Below, piece after piece: positions 1-12,722 of a DNA stretch of 64,000 bases. The stretch lies in assembly GCA_964016885.1 (NCBI GenBank), contig OZ024740.1, positions 269,948,001-270,012,000 on the forward strand. The letters are read 5' to 3'. This stretch comes from Eledone cirrhosa (lineage: Eukaryota). Under the pieces are notes generated by a model. The model made no database searches, was not told the origin of the DNA, and saw only the letters and a list, made by a program, of their open reading frames with translations. Position 1 is the first letter of the stretch; each line of letters begins with the position of its first letter. Position numbers and translations under genes: made by a program.

Positions 1-451
1 ATTGCTATCATTAATTGCTTTAAAAGTTCAAATATATACATACACATATACACACACATGCATACATACATACATTCATACATGGTGGCTGCCAACTCGT
101 TTTCGAGTACGGCCACTACTTTATATCCATGTAGGAGAACCCCTACCGATGCGCTGAACGAGTGTGACTTTTTAGTCCAGCCAGCGACTTGAAAACTCTG
201 GTACAAACACTACACTTGTGACAATTATTGACACTTAGTGCTGGGCCCATGGTATCATGTGACGACAAGTGCAGGGAGATCTCCAGATATAAAGCAATGC
301 CTGTGCCGTGAAGCTTTTATAGTTAGCAAAGGCACTGCACAAAGCCAGTCCCACTCTCTTAACCAAGATGATATTTACCAAAAAGAAGAACACGTCAACA
401 TCATTGGATACCATTCATACATACAATCATACATACATTCATACATACATA

Positions 452-835
452 CAGTTAGTAACTTCCTCAGATCTTCTATAAGCTAGGCTTCACAGAAACA
501 GAAAGAACACAACTTGTTAGGAAATTACGAGTACAATCCATTAATGGAAAAGTAAAAATATATTAAACATTCCAAAAATGTTGCATCTAATAACTGCATG
601 TACAGATACAAAGCATGCACACATACAACTCAAAACGTATACATCCACACATACAATAACATCCATACATGCACACACATGCATGCAGACATGCAGACAT
701 ATCTACCTAGCTGATGTTGTGTAAATTCCAATGAGAGAGTCTTATAACTATGTTAGAACCGACTCTCTCTCTACAGGCAACAATTTGTGAAATTATAAAA
801 CCAGAACATACAAACATGCCAATCTATTTATTTAT
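452..835 (+). mobile_element. 3' end of an R4/Dong-type (RLE) non-LTR retrotransposon, degraded, next to (CATA)n
   Basis: Translates to LGFTETERTQLVRKLRVQSINGKVKIY*TFQK, similar to the C-terminus LGFADKKRSSLIHSLQMAAIAGTFKICKTF of the elements at 55393-58015; followed by a 3' UTR hairpin (gagagagtc...gactctctc) and a catac-type tail. Confidence 0.6.
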
Positions 836-1152
836 ATATGTTTTGCTATTTTAAAAATATATTCTGAAATTATTATCCATTATCACGCTCGGAAATTGTA
901 TTTGAAGGAATAAATATCTTCATATATCTAAGTACAGTATCATCATCCAGATAATCGAAGATTGAATACATAACAATTTTTGCATAATCTCATTCATTTG
1001 AAGACAATACTATGCAAAATTATTACTATCTGATATCCATTTCGATATATGTCGGTTTTCGTATGGCTCAAACTACATGGAATATCACATGTAACAGTGT
1101 AAATAGGATAGCATATAAACTCGTATCATATAGAAATAGAAATCTCAAGCAT

Positions 1153-1203
<51 letters not shown>

Positions 1204-1323
1204 GTTCTTCTTAAATCCTTTGAGTATTAAACTAATACTTTCAATAGACATCATATTTCGTCTTGTTGAATATATTTCGTTACTCAGTATATATCTCTTC
1301 TCTTCTCTCTCTCTCTTTCTCTC

Positions 1324-1356
<33 letters not shown>

Positions 1357-1682
1357 TTCTCTTTATATATATATAAGAAAATGAGTTTTTTTGTTAAATG
1401 AAAAAAAAAACGAGATGTCCTACACGAGGCAAAGTATAAGGAAAGAAATCGAAAATGCAACTGGAGTCTTTTTAAGAATATTTATTTGTTTCCTTTACAG
1501 ATTTCACAGTTCTTATGTTTTTCAAAAGTAGAATTGAGATGGTGGGTTTGTGGTTTTTCTTGCATCTGCTTGGTGTTCGAATGTTATTTTTGTTTTATGT
1601 GGAAAAAAAGGGCTCAAATTGTTTTTTCGTATATATGTGAAATTTGGTTGGTTGATGACAGTAACGTGAATAAGCACATCAG

Positions 1683-1773
<91 letters not shown>

Positions 1774-1777
<4 letters not shown>

Positions 1778-1992
1778 ATAATAATAAAATTGAAGACTGA
1801 ATATCCAAAGAGGGCTCGATAAGGATAAATATATATCAAATATGTAAGAACCGTAGAGCAAATATTTATTAAGATAACAGATTAAATTTTAAGCAAAGAA
1901 TCGTTGCTTTCACCCTTAACGGGATCTTCTAAAACTCCCGTTGAGGGTAAAAGCAGCGATTCTTTGCTTAAACTTTAATCTGTTATTTTAAT
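1774..1992. mobile_element. Penelope-type terminal fragment (family A) with fold-back inversion, between (TA)n tracts
   Basis: Nearly the same sequence at 45630-45893, 3405-3540, 36360-36472 and 38520-38575; internal inverted arms of about 55 bp; carries the CAGAAGA-family hammerhead-like motif (here TAGAAGA) on the - strand at about 1885-1936. Confidence 0.65.
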
Positions 1993-1994
1993 AA

Positions 1995-2390
<396 letters not shown>

Positions 2391-2566
2391 AGAATTAGTA
2401 TATTCACCAACATATTTATACAGATGTATATTTCCGCTAGCAAAGATATAGGTTTTGTCTTAGTAACTTTGTGGTTCGATACAAGGTAAATGAGTTTAAT
2501 TACTATAATCTTCTTATTTTACGTCTTTTATATATGTATATATATATATATATATATATACAGATG

Positions 2567-2605
<39 letters not shown>

Positions 2606-2606
2606 G

Positions 2607-2659
<53 letters not shown>

Positions 2660-2671
2660 GTATGTACGTAA

Positions 2672-2710
<39 letters not shown>

Positions 2711-2778
2711 TCCCGGGTTGAGTCGGGGATAACCACAGTAAGTAAGGTACTCAATACATGGCAGAGTAAAATATATTT

Positions 2779-2887
2779 ATTGTATAGAAGGAGCTTCCAC
2801 AGGACTAGTACTGTCTCATTCAGATGAAATCCTCAGGAAGCTGAATGAGACAGTACTAGTCCTGTGGAAGCTCCTTCTATACAATAT
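2779..2887. repeat. Near-perfect palindrome (about 45-bp arms, 17-nt spacer) containing a degenerate hammerhead-like motif
   Basis: tattgtatagaaggagcttccacaggactagtactgtctcatt...aatgagacagtactagtcctgtggaagctccttctatacaata; - strand reads agcttc CTGAGGA ... GAGA cag..ctg TG gaagct. Confidence 0.8.
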
Positions 2888-2904
2888 ATATATATATATA
2901 GTAT

Positions 2905-3110
2905 AAAGAAAACGAAAAATCAGTGATGCATCTGGACTCAATTTATTGCGTGTTACATTTGTTTCGCCGGCAGGTAGCTCGAGACATGGTCCCTGCAGCC
3001 GTAGAATCAGCCAGAACCATACAGGGACCATGTCTGGAGCTACCTGCTGGAGAAACAATTGTAACACGTAATAAATTGAGTCCAGATGAATCACTGATTT
3101 TTCGTTTTCT
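2905..3110. repeat. Fold-back inverted repeat (about 88-bp arms)
   Basis: aaagaaaacgaaaaatcagtgat...catggtccctg paired with cagggaccatg...atcactgatttttcgttttcttt; arms contain GAAAC-AATT-GTA, a hammerhead right half. Confidence 0.8.
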
Positions 3111-3200
3111 TTCTACTAACTACACTCTACTCTGCTGAATATCGAGTGCTAATTTTGGCATACCGCCTATGGAAGCACCATAGCTACCATTATACACAAG

Positions 3201-3238
<38 letters not shown>

Positions 3239-3274
3239 TAGATAGATATATATAGATATATGTATGTATGTATG

Positions 3275-3351
<77 letters not shown>

Positions 3352-3377
3352 AAAGAAGCTGCGGGCTCGATAAGCAT

Positions 3378-3410
<33 letters not shown>

Positions 3411-3674
3411 TATATAAACCCTTAGAGCAAATATTTATTATAAGAACAAATTAAAGTTTAAGCAATGAATCGTTGTTTTAACCCTTAACGGTTAAGGGTG
3501 AAAGCAACGATTCTATGCTTAAACGTTAATCTGGTCTTGATATATGAAGGCGTAGCGTCCGAAACGTTAAGACCCTCTTCCTGCTATATCAAGCGTTAAC
3601 CTAATATATCCTTTCGATATACTGTACCGACTGTGTTGTTATTTCTGTTTACGTTTTATATATATATATGTCTA

Positions 3675-3708
<34 letters not shown>

Positions 3709-4515
3709 GTTATTTCCTTTCATTATTGCTTCTGAGATATATGCCGAGTGTCATCCTGACACCTACGGCAAATAAATTCACAATGTACATTGGTAAGCCA
3801 GTTAATACAGCACATTTTGTATAATATAATAAAAAACAGTATACATATATACACACGCGCATATGCGTACGTAAATACAAGGAGGGATATCAATCTTACA
3901 GAGATAGTGCTCTTCTCAATACGTGTGCAGTACCAGTCAAAACAATTTTTTGCACCTGTGCAGAGAAGGTAAACCAGGAATCATTCGCAAATATCGTTCT
4001 GTTCCTTTCTTGATCATTCCCTATCCTCCCACAATCACTGCTATTGTAACGGCCTTGAGGTGCCACATTTTCTCAATTTCAATAAGCAGATCTTTATATT
4101 TTCATAGCTTGTCAAATTCTTTTGCCCACGATATTGTGATCACATGGGATGCTCTTATCTATCAACAAACAGACCTTGTTATGTTGATCTTTTATAATGA
4201 TGTCAGGTATATTTGCTTTTATGGTCCTGTCAGTATGTACAGGAAAGAGAATTGTTACTTTTTCTCCTTCAGTTACAGCCTAAGGGTGATGATTGTACCA
4301 CTTGTCTTCACCTTTGATTTTGTAATGCCGACATATTACCCAGTGTAGATATTGGCCAACTCTGTCATGTCTATATTTGTATTCTACAGGTGCTAAAACT
4401 TTACATCCAGAGACTAATTGATCTACTTTTTCAACCCCAGCATTGCAGTATCAGAACTTTGGGTTTATTCCGTTTCTCATCACATTGGCCTGGTAATTCC
4501 GAGTCAATAAGTTAT
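3675..4515 (-). mobile_element. 5'-truncated R4/Dong-type RLE LINE ending in a (TAA)n tail
   Basis: Minus-strand translation with stops and frameshifts: LLTRNYQANV..YC....EKVDQLVSGCKVLAPVEYKYRHDRVGQYLHW (CCHC knuckle), CLLIDKSIPCDHNI, KYKDLLIEIEKMWHLK..VIVG, VQKIVLTGTAHVLRRALSL*; then a 3' UTR hairpin and (TAA)n at 3675-3707. Confidence 0.8.
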
Positions 4516-4524
4516 TATGGAATG

Positions 4525-5454
4525 TCGGGCAATGTGATCGGTGGAAACTCCACCTTGGAGTTTTATAGAGGATTAGTGGAGAGGAAGAGCGACGACGTAC
4601 TTGGGGAAATTCTAGGCGTCGACGAAAATCAACTAGCCAATCTCTTCGGAAGAACTTTCGGACCGGGGCCTATGGACAATTTCCAGAAATCCCTAGCCTG
4701 GCAGTGCTACCGAGGAGCTTTGCCAGTTCGGCATAAACTCTACAGACACGGAAGTGCCGTCAGCCGGGCACGTCCGAGATGCGCGCAGGGCGATGAAACC
4801 GTCCTGCATGCACTGGTCCAGTGTCCAAGCATTGCTGACTTGTGGGTTTATGTCGAACACCTGCTGTGGCGTGTAGAACGGATCTGGAATCAGCTGAATG
4901 CATCGTTATCATTGCCCCGCCCTCTTCCTCTAGCCGGGAAGGGCAGGCAGTTTTAATCTGTCTGGTGGCCATGGCGAAAGAGATAGTATGGTGGACGCGT
5001 CTGAAAGGGCTGAAGATGAGCACTTACCTCTTCGGTAATGCGCTGATTAACCTTTTCAAATTTCATTTGAAAAGGAAAATCAGGGTAGAGAGGGAGGTGC
5101 TCTCTTCCCAGCTTTTTGTTGAACGATGGGTGAGAGAGGCAAGAATGGCCCGAGTGAATGGGCCTACTCTAAGTATATGCCTGTAAATTGAAGGTGGAAA
5201 ACTGGTAGAGGGCACTTGCCCTGGTGGTCAGGGTCACCGTGGCTTTTTTAATGGGCTTTCTCCACGATGGTCCTCGGAAGTCTCCCCCTATTGGGGAATT
5301 TTTCATTGTTCTTTTTTTGTTACATCCCTGTTTTTTGTTTTTTTTACACGCAGAAATGCCCATTTGTACAATCCTGTACTGTTCTATACTGTCCTTAATG
5401 TCTCACTTCGTGTAAACCCTTGTGGTTAATAAAGAAAGCATTATTATTATTATT
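4525..5454 (+). mobile_element. 5'-truncated Tx1/L1-clade LINE (ORF2 C-terminus, 3' UTR, (ATT)n tail)
   Basis: Highly similar to 10155-11050; zf-RVT-like motif ..PRC..GDETVLHALVQCP; AATAAA followed by an ATT tail. Confidence 0.9.
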
Positions 5455-5649
5455 GTGGATTGGCAGTATCGGTAGAGGGTCGGACGCCATGCTTTGAAGC
5501 ATATAGTTACCTCCCTTTATGATCTGAGTTCAAATCCCGCCGAGGTTAACCTTGCCTTTCATCCTTACGGGGTTGATAAAATAAAGTACCAGTAATGCAC
5601 TGGGATAATTGCTGGCCTGGTGCCAAAAGTAGAAACAATTATTATTATC
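5455..5649 (+). mobile_element. tRNA-derived SINE (dominant octopus-type family)
   Basis: A box tggcagtatcggtag, B box gagttcaaatccc, central ttgcctttcatccttacggggttgataaaataaagtaccag, ATT tail; many copies in the window. Confidence 0.9.
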
Positions 5650-5662
5650 ATTTAACAGCAAG

Positions 5663-7000
5663 TTGTTCAGAGGGTGGAGAGCCAATTCCACCCAATCACA
5701 AGGCAAAGTAAAAAACAAGAGAAACAGCAGCAGCAGCGACAGCGACAGTGATAATGATATCAGCAGCAGCTGTCACTGGAACTGTCGTAGCAGTAGTGAA
5801 AATTATAACGAAACAATTCCTGTGTTACAGAAATCAAACACCACTACCACCCCAATAACAACAATAACAACAGCCACAACCACAAAGAACCCAAAGAACA
5901 ACAACTATAACAGCAGCAACGCAGAGGAAAAGGAAACAAACAAAAGCACCGGCGACGGCAACAAAGACAAAACTAGTGACGTGTCAACACAAATCAAAAC
6001 AAACACATCTTTCGCGAAAGCGACCAACAAGTTTGAGCAAATAAACATCACTAACGAAGAGATAAAACAAGCAAAGGTCTTTGTAAAAAAAAACCGACAC
6101 AGGGTAAGTCTCACCGGCCCAGCTGAGATAATAAGAAACAAACTTTTGTGTTCGGTCAGTTATCGCACGATCGGTTCAAAATCCAGGCGAGTTGAACGGG
6201 CAACGGAGTCACAAATCCAAAGAGCTATGAGTGCCGTATGGGCACAGAAAACATATATAGCCCGGGGATCGAGATATGGCACTGTGGGTGTGCTCTTCGC
6301 TACACCAGAGGAAGCCAGAGCACACTCCATTGCACCACTCCGCAGCGACGAAATCACAATGATGCCCATATACTGCGGCCAGAGAGTCGTGAAGGTTCGA
6401 GTAGGCCAGGTTCCACCCTCAGTGGAGATGGCGTTGCTGACGGCAGCCGTCCTCGCTGACGTTGAAGATTCAACAACCATACTCAACGTCATACGAACAA
6501 GACAGGAAAATTGGACAGGGTCGGGGATGGAGCTAATCATCCCAGCGAACCAGGAAAGCGTTGAGGCCATCCCCGATGTAATAGAGGTGGACGACGGCGG
6601 CCATCTACCCGTGACTGTCGAAGGTAGGCGCCCAAGGTGTCATGGATGCGGTGACAAGACGCACCTTAAGGCATTCTGCAACAAAATTACCAAAATAGGC
6701 ACGCGCCCACCCCTTCTCCCCATGCCGTGCCCCGCAACTGGAGCAGACAAACAAACAAAGAACACAGTGGCAGAAGAGAAATCACCATCCCCAACAACAA
6801 AAACACCATCTCTTGCACCACCCACAAAACCAATGGAAAGCATACCCCTTCCTGATATAGCCAAATCGGACAAGGGGTGCGATGAGGCCGAAGAGTGGAG
6901 GACTATTCCAACAAAAAAAGGAAGAACTCCCTACCCTCACCTCCACCCCACCCCCCACCCCCAACAAAGAGGAAGAAAGAACCTAAAAAAAAGAAAATGA
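5663..7000 (+). CDS. LINE ORF1 gag-like nucleic-acid binding protein (true start uncertain)
   Basis: 445-aa open frame with GRRPRCHGCGDKTHLKAFC zinc knuckle and a basic/proline-rich C-terminus, upstream of ORF2. Confidence 0.75.
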   Translation: MFRGWRANSTQSQGKVKNKRNSSSSDSDSDNDISSSCHWNCRSSSENYNETIPVLQKSNTTTTPITTITTATTTKNPKNNNYNSSNAEEKETNKSTGDGNKDKTSDVSTQIKTNTSFAKATNKFEQINITNEEIKQAKVFVKKNRHRVSLTGPAEIIRNKLLCSVSYRTIGSKSRRVERATESQIQRAMSAVWAQKTYIARGSRYGTVGVLFATPEEARAHSIAPLRSDEITMMPIYCGQRVVKVRVGQVPPSVEMALLTAAVLADVEDSTTILNVIRTRQENWTGSGMELIIPANQESVEAIPDVIEVDDGGHLPVTVEGRRPRCHGCGDKTHLKAFCNKITKIGTRPPLLPMPCPATGADKQTKNTVAEEKSPSPTTKTPSLAPPTKPMESIPLPDIAKSDKGCDEAEEWRTIPTKKGRTPYPHLHPTPHPQQRGRKNLKKRK

Positions 7001-7532
7001 AAACTACCCCACCTCCTCCACCACCATCAACAGCCACACGCCCACAACCACCAACACCATCACCACCACCACCACCAACACCACCGCCACCACCATTAAC
7101 ATCTACCCCATCGTCACCTCCAACAACACGACAGCAAACACAGAAAACACCAACACCCAAACAGCAGAAACAATATACAGCCATAGACACAGACAACACA
7201 AAGCTTTTAAATTACATTCAACACCACACCAACATCACAGAAACAAACTACGTACAAACCACCAAAATTGCCCCCCCCCCCCCCCCCCACACACACACAC
7301 ATAAAAATAATAGAAATTACACAAAAGAATTACATGACATTAAAAAAAATGTTCCCCACCTCAATTGGAGACTACCGAGGGAACATCACCAAAAGAATAT
7401 TCACGGATATTCTCGTGGAGAAACCCACCAATGGTCGGAGGGATGGATCACCCATCCCCTTCCTAAAGAAGAGCCACAGGTAATTTTTTGTACCTCTCCT
7501 CTCTCACTTGTTTTCCTCCTATCCTAGCCAAC

Positions 7533-10500
7533 ATGACTACTCTCAGAATAGGTAGCATAAATGTACGTGGCTTGGGGTCGTCTTGGAAGCAGGGGTACCT
7601 GCTGAACGATCTCAGGTCGCTAAACATAGATGTGGTGACCATCAGCGAAACCAGAATCTCCGAGGCACGGGCCTTCGCACCGATCTTCGGCGGCTACGTT
7701 GTGTACGCGGAGAGATTTGGATTTCGCCATACAGGCCATCTTCCTGTACCCAGAAGGTAAGTTGGTGGTGCTGGACGTGACCAGCGGAGACGGGCAAGCT
7801 TTCAGGCTACTGACCGTCTATGCCCCGACAGGAGCAGGGCGGCCTGATTTCTTCCGGCGACTGGAGACCTTTCCTGGAACGTCACGCTCTTTAGTGTTAG
7901 TGGGTGACTAGAACGGGATCTTAGATGCACACTGGGACTGTGTGGGATTAGGGGATAGGGGAGGAGGGTGGAAGAGCCTCACCAACCTGCTCAGGCGTTT
8001 TGAACTGTCTGACAGGTACCGATTGGATTTTCCGAATATTTTGTAGGGAAATAGATAGGTCTAGCATAGGCTGTCCACAATTCAAGATAGTCAGCTACAC
8101 AGACCACACATTCCTGATCGGTGTGGTTGACTTAGATAGGCTTCATAGACAAGGACCCGGCTACTGGAAGCTAAACGCGTCCTTACCAGCGCCCAATGCC
8201 TACAGAGACCGGATTAGCGAACTAGTTAAGCGGGTGTTGACAGGGGCCATCGTCAACAACAAGTGGTTGTTTGTTCTGAAAAGAGCGATTAGAACAGAGT
8301 CCATTAGGTTTAGTAAGGCTTTAGCAATAGAGAAAAATAGAGCAGAGGGAGAACTAGTTAGAAAATTAGACGTGGCGCTTAGCAAAGGCATCGCGACCGA
8401 CGTACTTGCGGCGAAATTGGCGTTTGATCAATTCTTCAATGCAAAGCACAAAGGCTGCGTTGTCAGAGCTAGGGTGCGTGCTCTCAGACACGAGGGGGAC
8501 AAAGAGCGTTCAATGGGCCGGAGTGGCGGAGGTGCGTCGTCGCAACAAAGACACGATCCGGTCTCTAGTGGACCACGACGGACGCATGCTATTCGATCCC
8601 GGGCAAATGTGTGAAGCTTTTCAGCGACACTTCGCTGAGCTGTTCGGGAGCAACGGCGGGCCGGTTCGAGGGATAGACTTTAGTGTCTACCTCGATGGAC
8701 TGCCGCGCCTCTCGTCCACTGCGGCGGAGTGTTGCGAAAAGCCTATAATAGCAGCTGAAGTATGGGAGGGAATGAATGGCCGCACAAGGAGTAAATCGCC
8801 TGGTTTGGATGGCCTGCCCTATGAACTTTACGTACAGATGCCAGACTTGTTCGGAGGCCTCTTGGCGGACATCTACTGCAACCGGCAACAGAACGGGAGA
8901 ATTCCCAGCTCTGTGAGCCGAGGAGCTGTGGCGCTGCTGAAAAAGGATCCGAACAAGGGGGATAACATACATAATTTCCGGCCCATAACTCTTTTAAACA
9001 CAGAGTTCAAGATTTTGACCAAGGTGCTAGCAAAGAAGTTGGCGCTTGTCGTTGATGGTCTGGTAGGAGAGGCGCAGACATGCGCCATTCCCGACAGATC
9101 CATCCACAACAACCTCCACCTCATGCGATACATCGTGGGGAGGGTTGCTAGGGAACCTGGCACGGGCGGGCCCTTGATCAATTTAGATCAGTCGAAAGCT
9201 TTCGATAGGGTCGACCATCGTTATCTGGCGGCAGTCAAGAGGGCGGCTGGCTTTGGGCCCGTCTTCGGAGGCTGGATCGCCGCCATGCACAGCGACATCT
9301 TTCGGCATCGTTCAACATCATGCGCTCGGTCCGCCAAGGATGTCTCCTCTAGTCCCTCTTTTACGTATTGACTCTCGAGCCATTACTACACAAACTGGAG
9401 ACGTTGAGGGGGTCCCGCGCGAACTAGGATGCGGAAGATCCGTGTCAGCATATGCGTACAATGTTACCGTAGTGGTGTCGAACGCCAAACACATCGAGGC
9501 GATCGGCACTACACTAAGAGAATACGAGCGGCGACAGGAGCAATGATCAACCAGGAAAAGTCAGTGGGCCTGCAGCTCGGCACCTGGAGAGGCAGGTCCA
9601 TGCCGTCCAACAGCGTCGTCGGGCGCTGGACGGACGGACCGGTTAAATTGCTAGGGGTCTCTTTCGGTCCGGACCTCCAGACGGACAAAAACTGGGACGA
9701 GGTGACGAGCAGGGTGGCTTCTCTCACCGAGAAATAGGCCGAGAGGAAGCTATCCCTGAAAGGTCGAGCGGAGGTGGCTAACGCGTACATTGCGTCCGTC
9801 ATCTACTACCGCCTGACCGTCGTACCTTGTCCTAAGCCCCGACTGACTGCGCTGGATCGTTTGCTCTTTCGCTTTTTGTGGAAGGGACGCGCTCCGATAG
9901 TCAGGCGGTCCATCTGCTGTCAACACCCGCTACGTGGAGGGCTGGGCTTGCCGTGGCTGATGATGCGCAGACACGCGCTCAGGCTACCACATCTCCACCT
10001 CTTCCTCGACGGTGATCAGGTGTGGTCGCCGTTTGCTAGACACGTATTTCCCCAGCTCGTCTCCTTGATGGAGCTGAAGTCCTGGGTCAAGCGAAGACCG
10101 AGAGGGAGCGCTAGGAGACTGGAATGTCTTCAGGCGCTCACAGTCCTCGACCGATCGGGCAATGTGATCGGTGGAAACTCCACCTTGGCGTTCTATAGAG
10201 GATTAGTGGAGGGGAAGAGCGACGACGTACTTGGAGAAACTCTAGGCGTCGACGAAAATCAACTAGCCAATCTCTTCGGAAGGACTTTCGGGCCGGGGCC
10301 TAGGTACAACTTCCAGAAATCCCTGGTCTGGCAGTGCTACGAGAGCTTTGCCAGTTCGGGATAAACTCTACAGGCATGGAGGTGCCGTCAGCCGGGCATG
10401 TCCGAGATGCGCACAGGGCGACGAAACCGTCCTGCACGCACTCGTCCAGTGTCCGAGCATTGCTGACTTGTGGGTTTATGTCGAACACCTGCTGTCACGT

Positions 10501-10797
10501 GTAGGACGGATCCAGCTATCAGCTGAATCCATCGTGAGGATTGCCCCGCCCTCTTCCTTTAGCCGGGAAGGGCAGGCAGTTTTTATCTGTCTGGTGGCCA
10601 TGGCGAAAGAGATGAAAGGGCTGAAGACGAGCACTTACCTCTTCGGTGATGCCCTGATTAACTTTTTCAAATTTCATTTGAAAAGGAAAATCAGGGTAGA
10701 GAGGGAAGTGCTCTCTTCCCATCATTTTGTTGAAAGATGGGTGAGAGAAGCAAGTATGGCCCTAGTGAATGTGCCTACTCTGAGTATTTGTCTGTAA
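7533..10797 (+). pseudogene. LINE ORF2 (AP endonuclease, reverse transcriptase, zf-RVT), frameshifted
   Basis: MTTLRIGSINVRGL, TISETR, VYAP, LVGD*N, GPGYWKLN (APE); KSPGLDGLP, NFRPITLLNTEFKIL, LDQSKAFDRVDH, YAYN in place of YADD (RT); CPRC..ETVLHALVQCP. Confidence 0.92.
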
Positions 10798-11041
10798 ATT
10801 AAAGGTGGAAAACTGGGAGAGGGCACTTGCCCTGGTGGTCAGGGTCACTGTGGTTTTTTAATGGGCTTTCTCCACAAATGTCCCTCTGAAGGCTCCCCCC
10901 TATTGGGGAATTTTTCTTTGTTATTTTACTACATCCTCTGTTTTTTTTTACACGCAGAAATGCCCATTTGTACCGTCCTGTATTGTCCTGTACTGTCCTT
11001 AATGTCTACTTCATGTAAACCCTTGTGGTTAATAAAGAAAA

Positions 11042-11080
<39 letters not shown>

Positions 11081-12063
11081 CATTATTATTATTATTATTA
11101 TTATTGGAATTTCTGTTTAACATGCCATAGTATTTAAAACATTTAAACTGGTGGGTAGTCTATTCTCTAATTTGAATAGTATTAGTGACTTCGAAGTTTC
11201 AGCTTGATTGCTTCAGGTGATTTCCAGAAGAGGTCGCCAATCTGAAACTTCTAACACACTGCCACTGAGCATATATATGTATATTCTTGAACATGTTGTT
11301 TGTTTTTTTTTATTATTATTCTTATGATTATATTCTTGTTATTACTTTATTATATAAATTGGCATATTATTGGCAGCATTAGGAAAATCGTAAAGGTCAG
11401 AGTATTTTGTTTTAATGACACAAACTGGCATAGATCCATATCAAAGAAATAAATTAGTGTAACCATTCAAATGGTTCTACGAAATTGCTATTCTCTACGG
11501 TATTTAATATGGATAAATGTTAAAACTATTTCATACGAAAACAATTACGTTCTCATAAATATTATTCCTTCATTAACACATGGTTCACACATAGACTATT
11601 GTCATGCTCATAGTTTCTTTTAAAGATTCTTATCTATATTTAGAAGTAAAGGTTTTAGTGCTGAGCGCACGATTCCGAAGCCTAGTGCTTGATATCCCGA
11701 CCGGCTGATGCTTTGTCTTTCAGCAAAGCATTTTATATCACCTTATTCTAGGTTATTCACCGGCAAAAGAATATGCGGTAGCACGTGGTTATATCTGGTA
11801 CGACGTTAAGATTTCCTCTCGTGAAACCGAGATTAGTTCCAAGTCTCATTCAACCAATGCAATGTACAAAGAAAGAAAAAGCATAAATCAGTAACTCATC
11901 TTTAATTAGAGTAAGATATAGTAATTGCTTGAAACGCTTTGATTTTAATACAATTCTTGCCGTATATCTAATGAAAAACAATTCATAATCTATGACATTT
12001 AATTGACTTTAAAAGAAATTCAGAATTTCGGGGTTTTGTAAAATAATTAAGTATCTCATTATT

Positions 12064-12170
12064 ACGCCGAGACTAACTTTGCCTTTCATCCTTACGGGGT
12101 CGATAAAATAAAGTACCAGTAATGCACTGGGTAATTGCTGGCCCTGTGCCAAAAGTAGAAACAATTATTA
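12064..12170 (+). mobile_element. 5'-truncated tRNA-SINE
   Basis: Matches the 3' half of the SINE at 5455. Confidence 0.85.
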
Positions 12171-12244
12171 CATTTTTAAGAACATCTATTAAAAGTTTCT
12201 TACAAAATATTATAATGTGCATTAAGGTGTTTGCTCCAACATAG

Positions 12245-12281
<37 letters not shown>

Positions 12282-12284
<3 letters not shown>

Positions 12285-12606
12285 GATATTAAACAAATGG
12301 ACAAATGGAAACTATATTTATAAAACCATATTTATTTCATTATACATATTTCGGGGATACCATATTAAAAATATGGCATGCCTTCTTCAGATAAAATACA
12401 ATATATAAACAGTTTTACCAAACCGGCCTCTTACATAACGGTTGCCCAATATTTATGGTACGTCAAAATTATTTATAAAACTGTTTGTATATTGTATTTT
12501 ATCCGAAGAAGGCATGCCATATTTTTAATATGGTATCCTCGAAATATGTATAATGAAATAAATATGGTTTTATAAATATAGTTTCCATTTGTTTAATATC
12601 GTATAT
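12282..12606. mobile_element. Inverted pair of Penelope-type termini, each carrying a hammerhead motif
   Basis: Arms of about 130 bp around a spacer of about 60 bp; motif tattttat-C(T/C)GAAGA-stem II-GAAA-T-ATGT-A-TA-atgaaata at 12333-12398 (-) and 12495-12560 (+). Confidence 0.75.
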
Positions 12607-12690
12607 CTACTCCAAAACTTGTCGAGTGGTTTATATCAGTTATAAAATATTTACTTGTTGTAACCCAACAATTTTAAATAAAACTTTTGC

Positions 12691-12722
<32 letters not shown>

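Larger units (their letters stand above)
5650..11105 (+). mobile_element. Near full-length Tx1/L1-clade LINE, inactivated
   Basis: ORF1 with a CX2CX4HX4C knuckle, ORF2 with APE, RT and zf-RVT motifs, AATAAA and a long (ATT)n tail at 11043-11105. Confidence 0.92.

Noticed and set aside
6895-7527. 210-aa proline-rich ORF
   Set aside because: Low-complexity, probably frameshifted continuation of LINE ORF1 or inter-ORF region, not a separate gene
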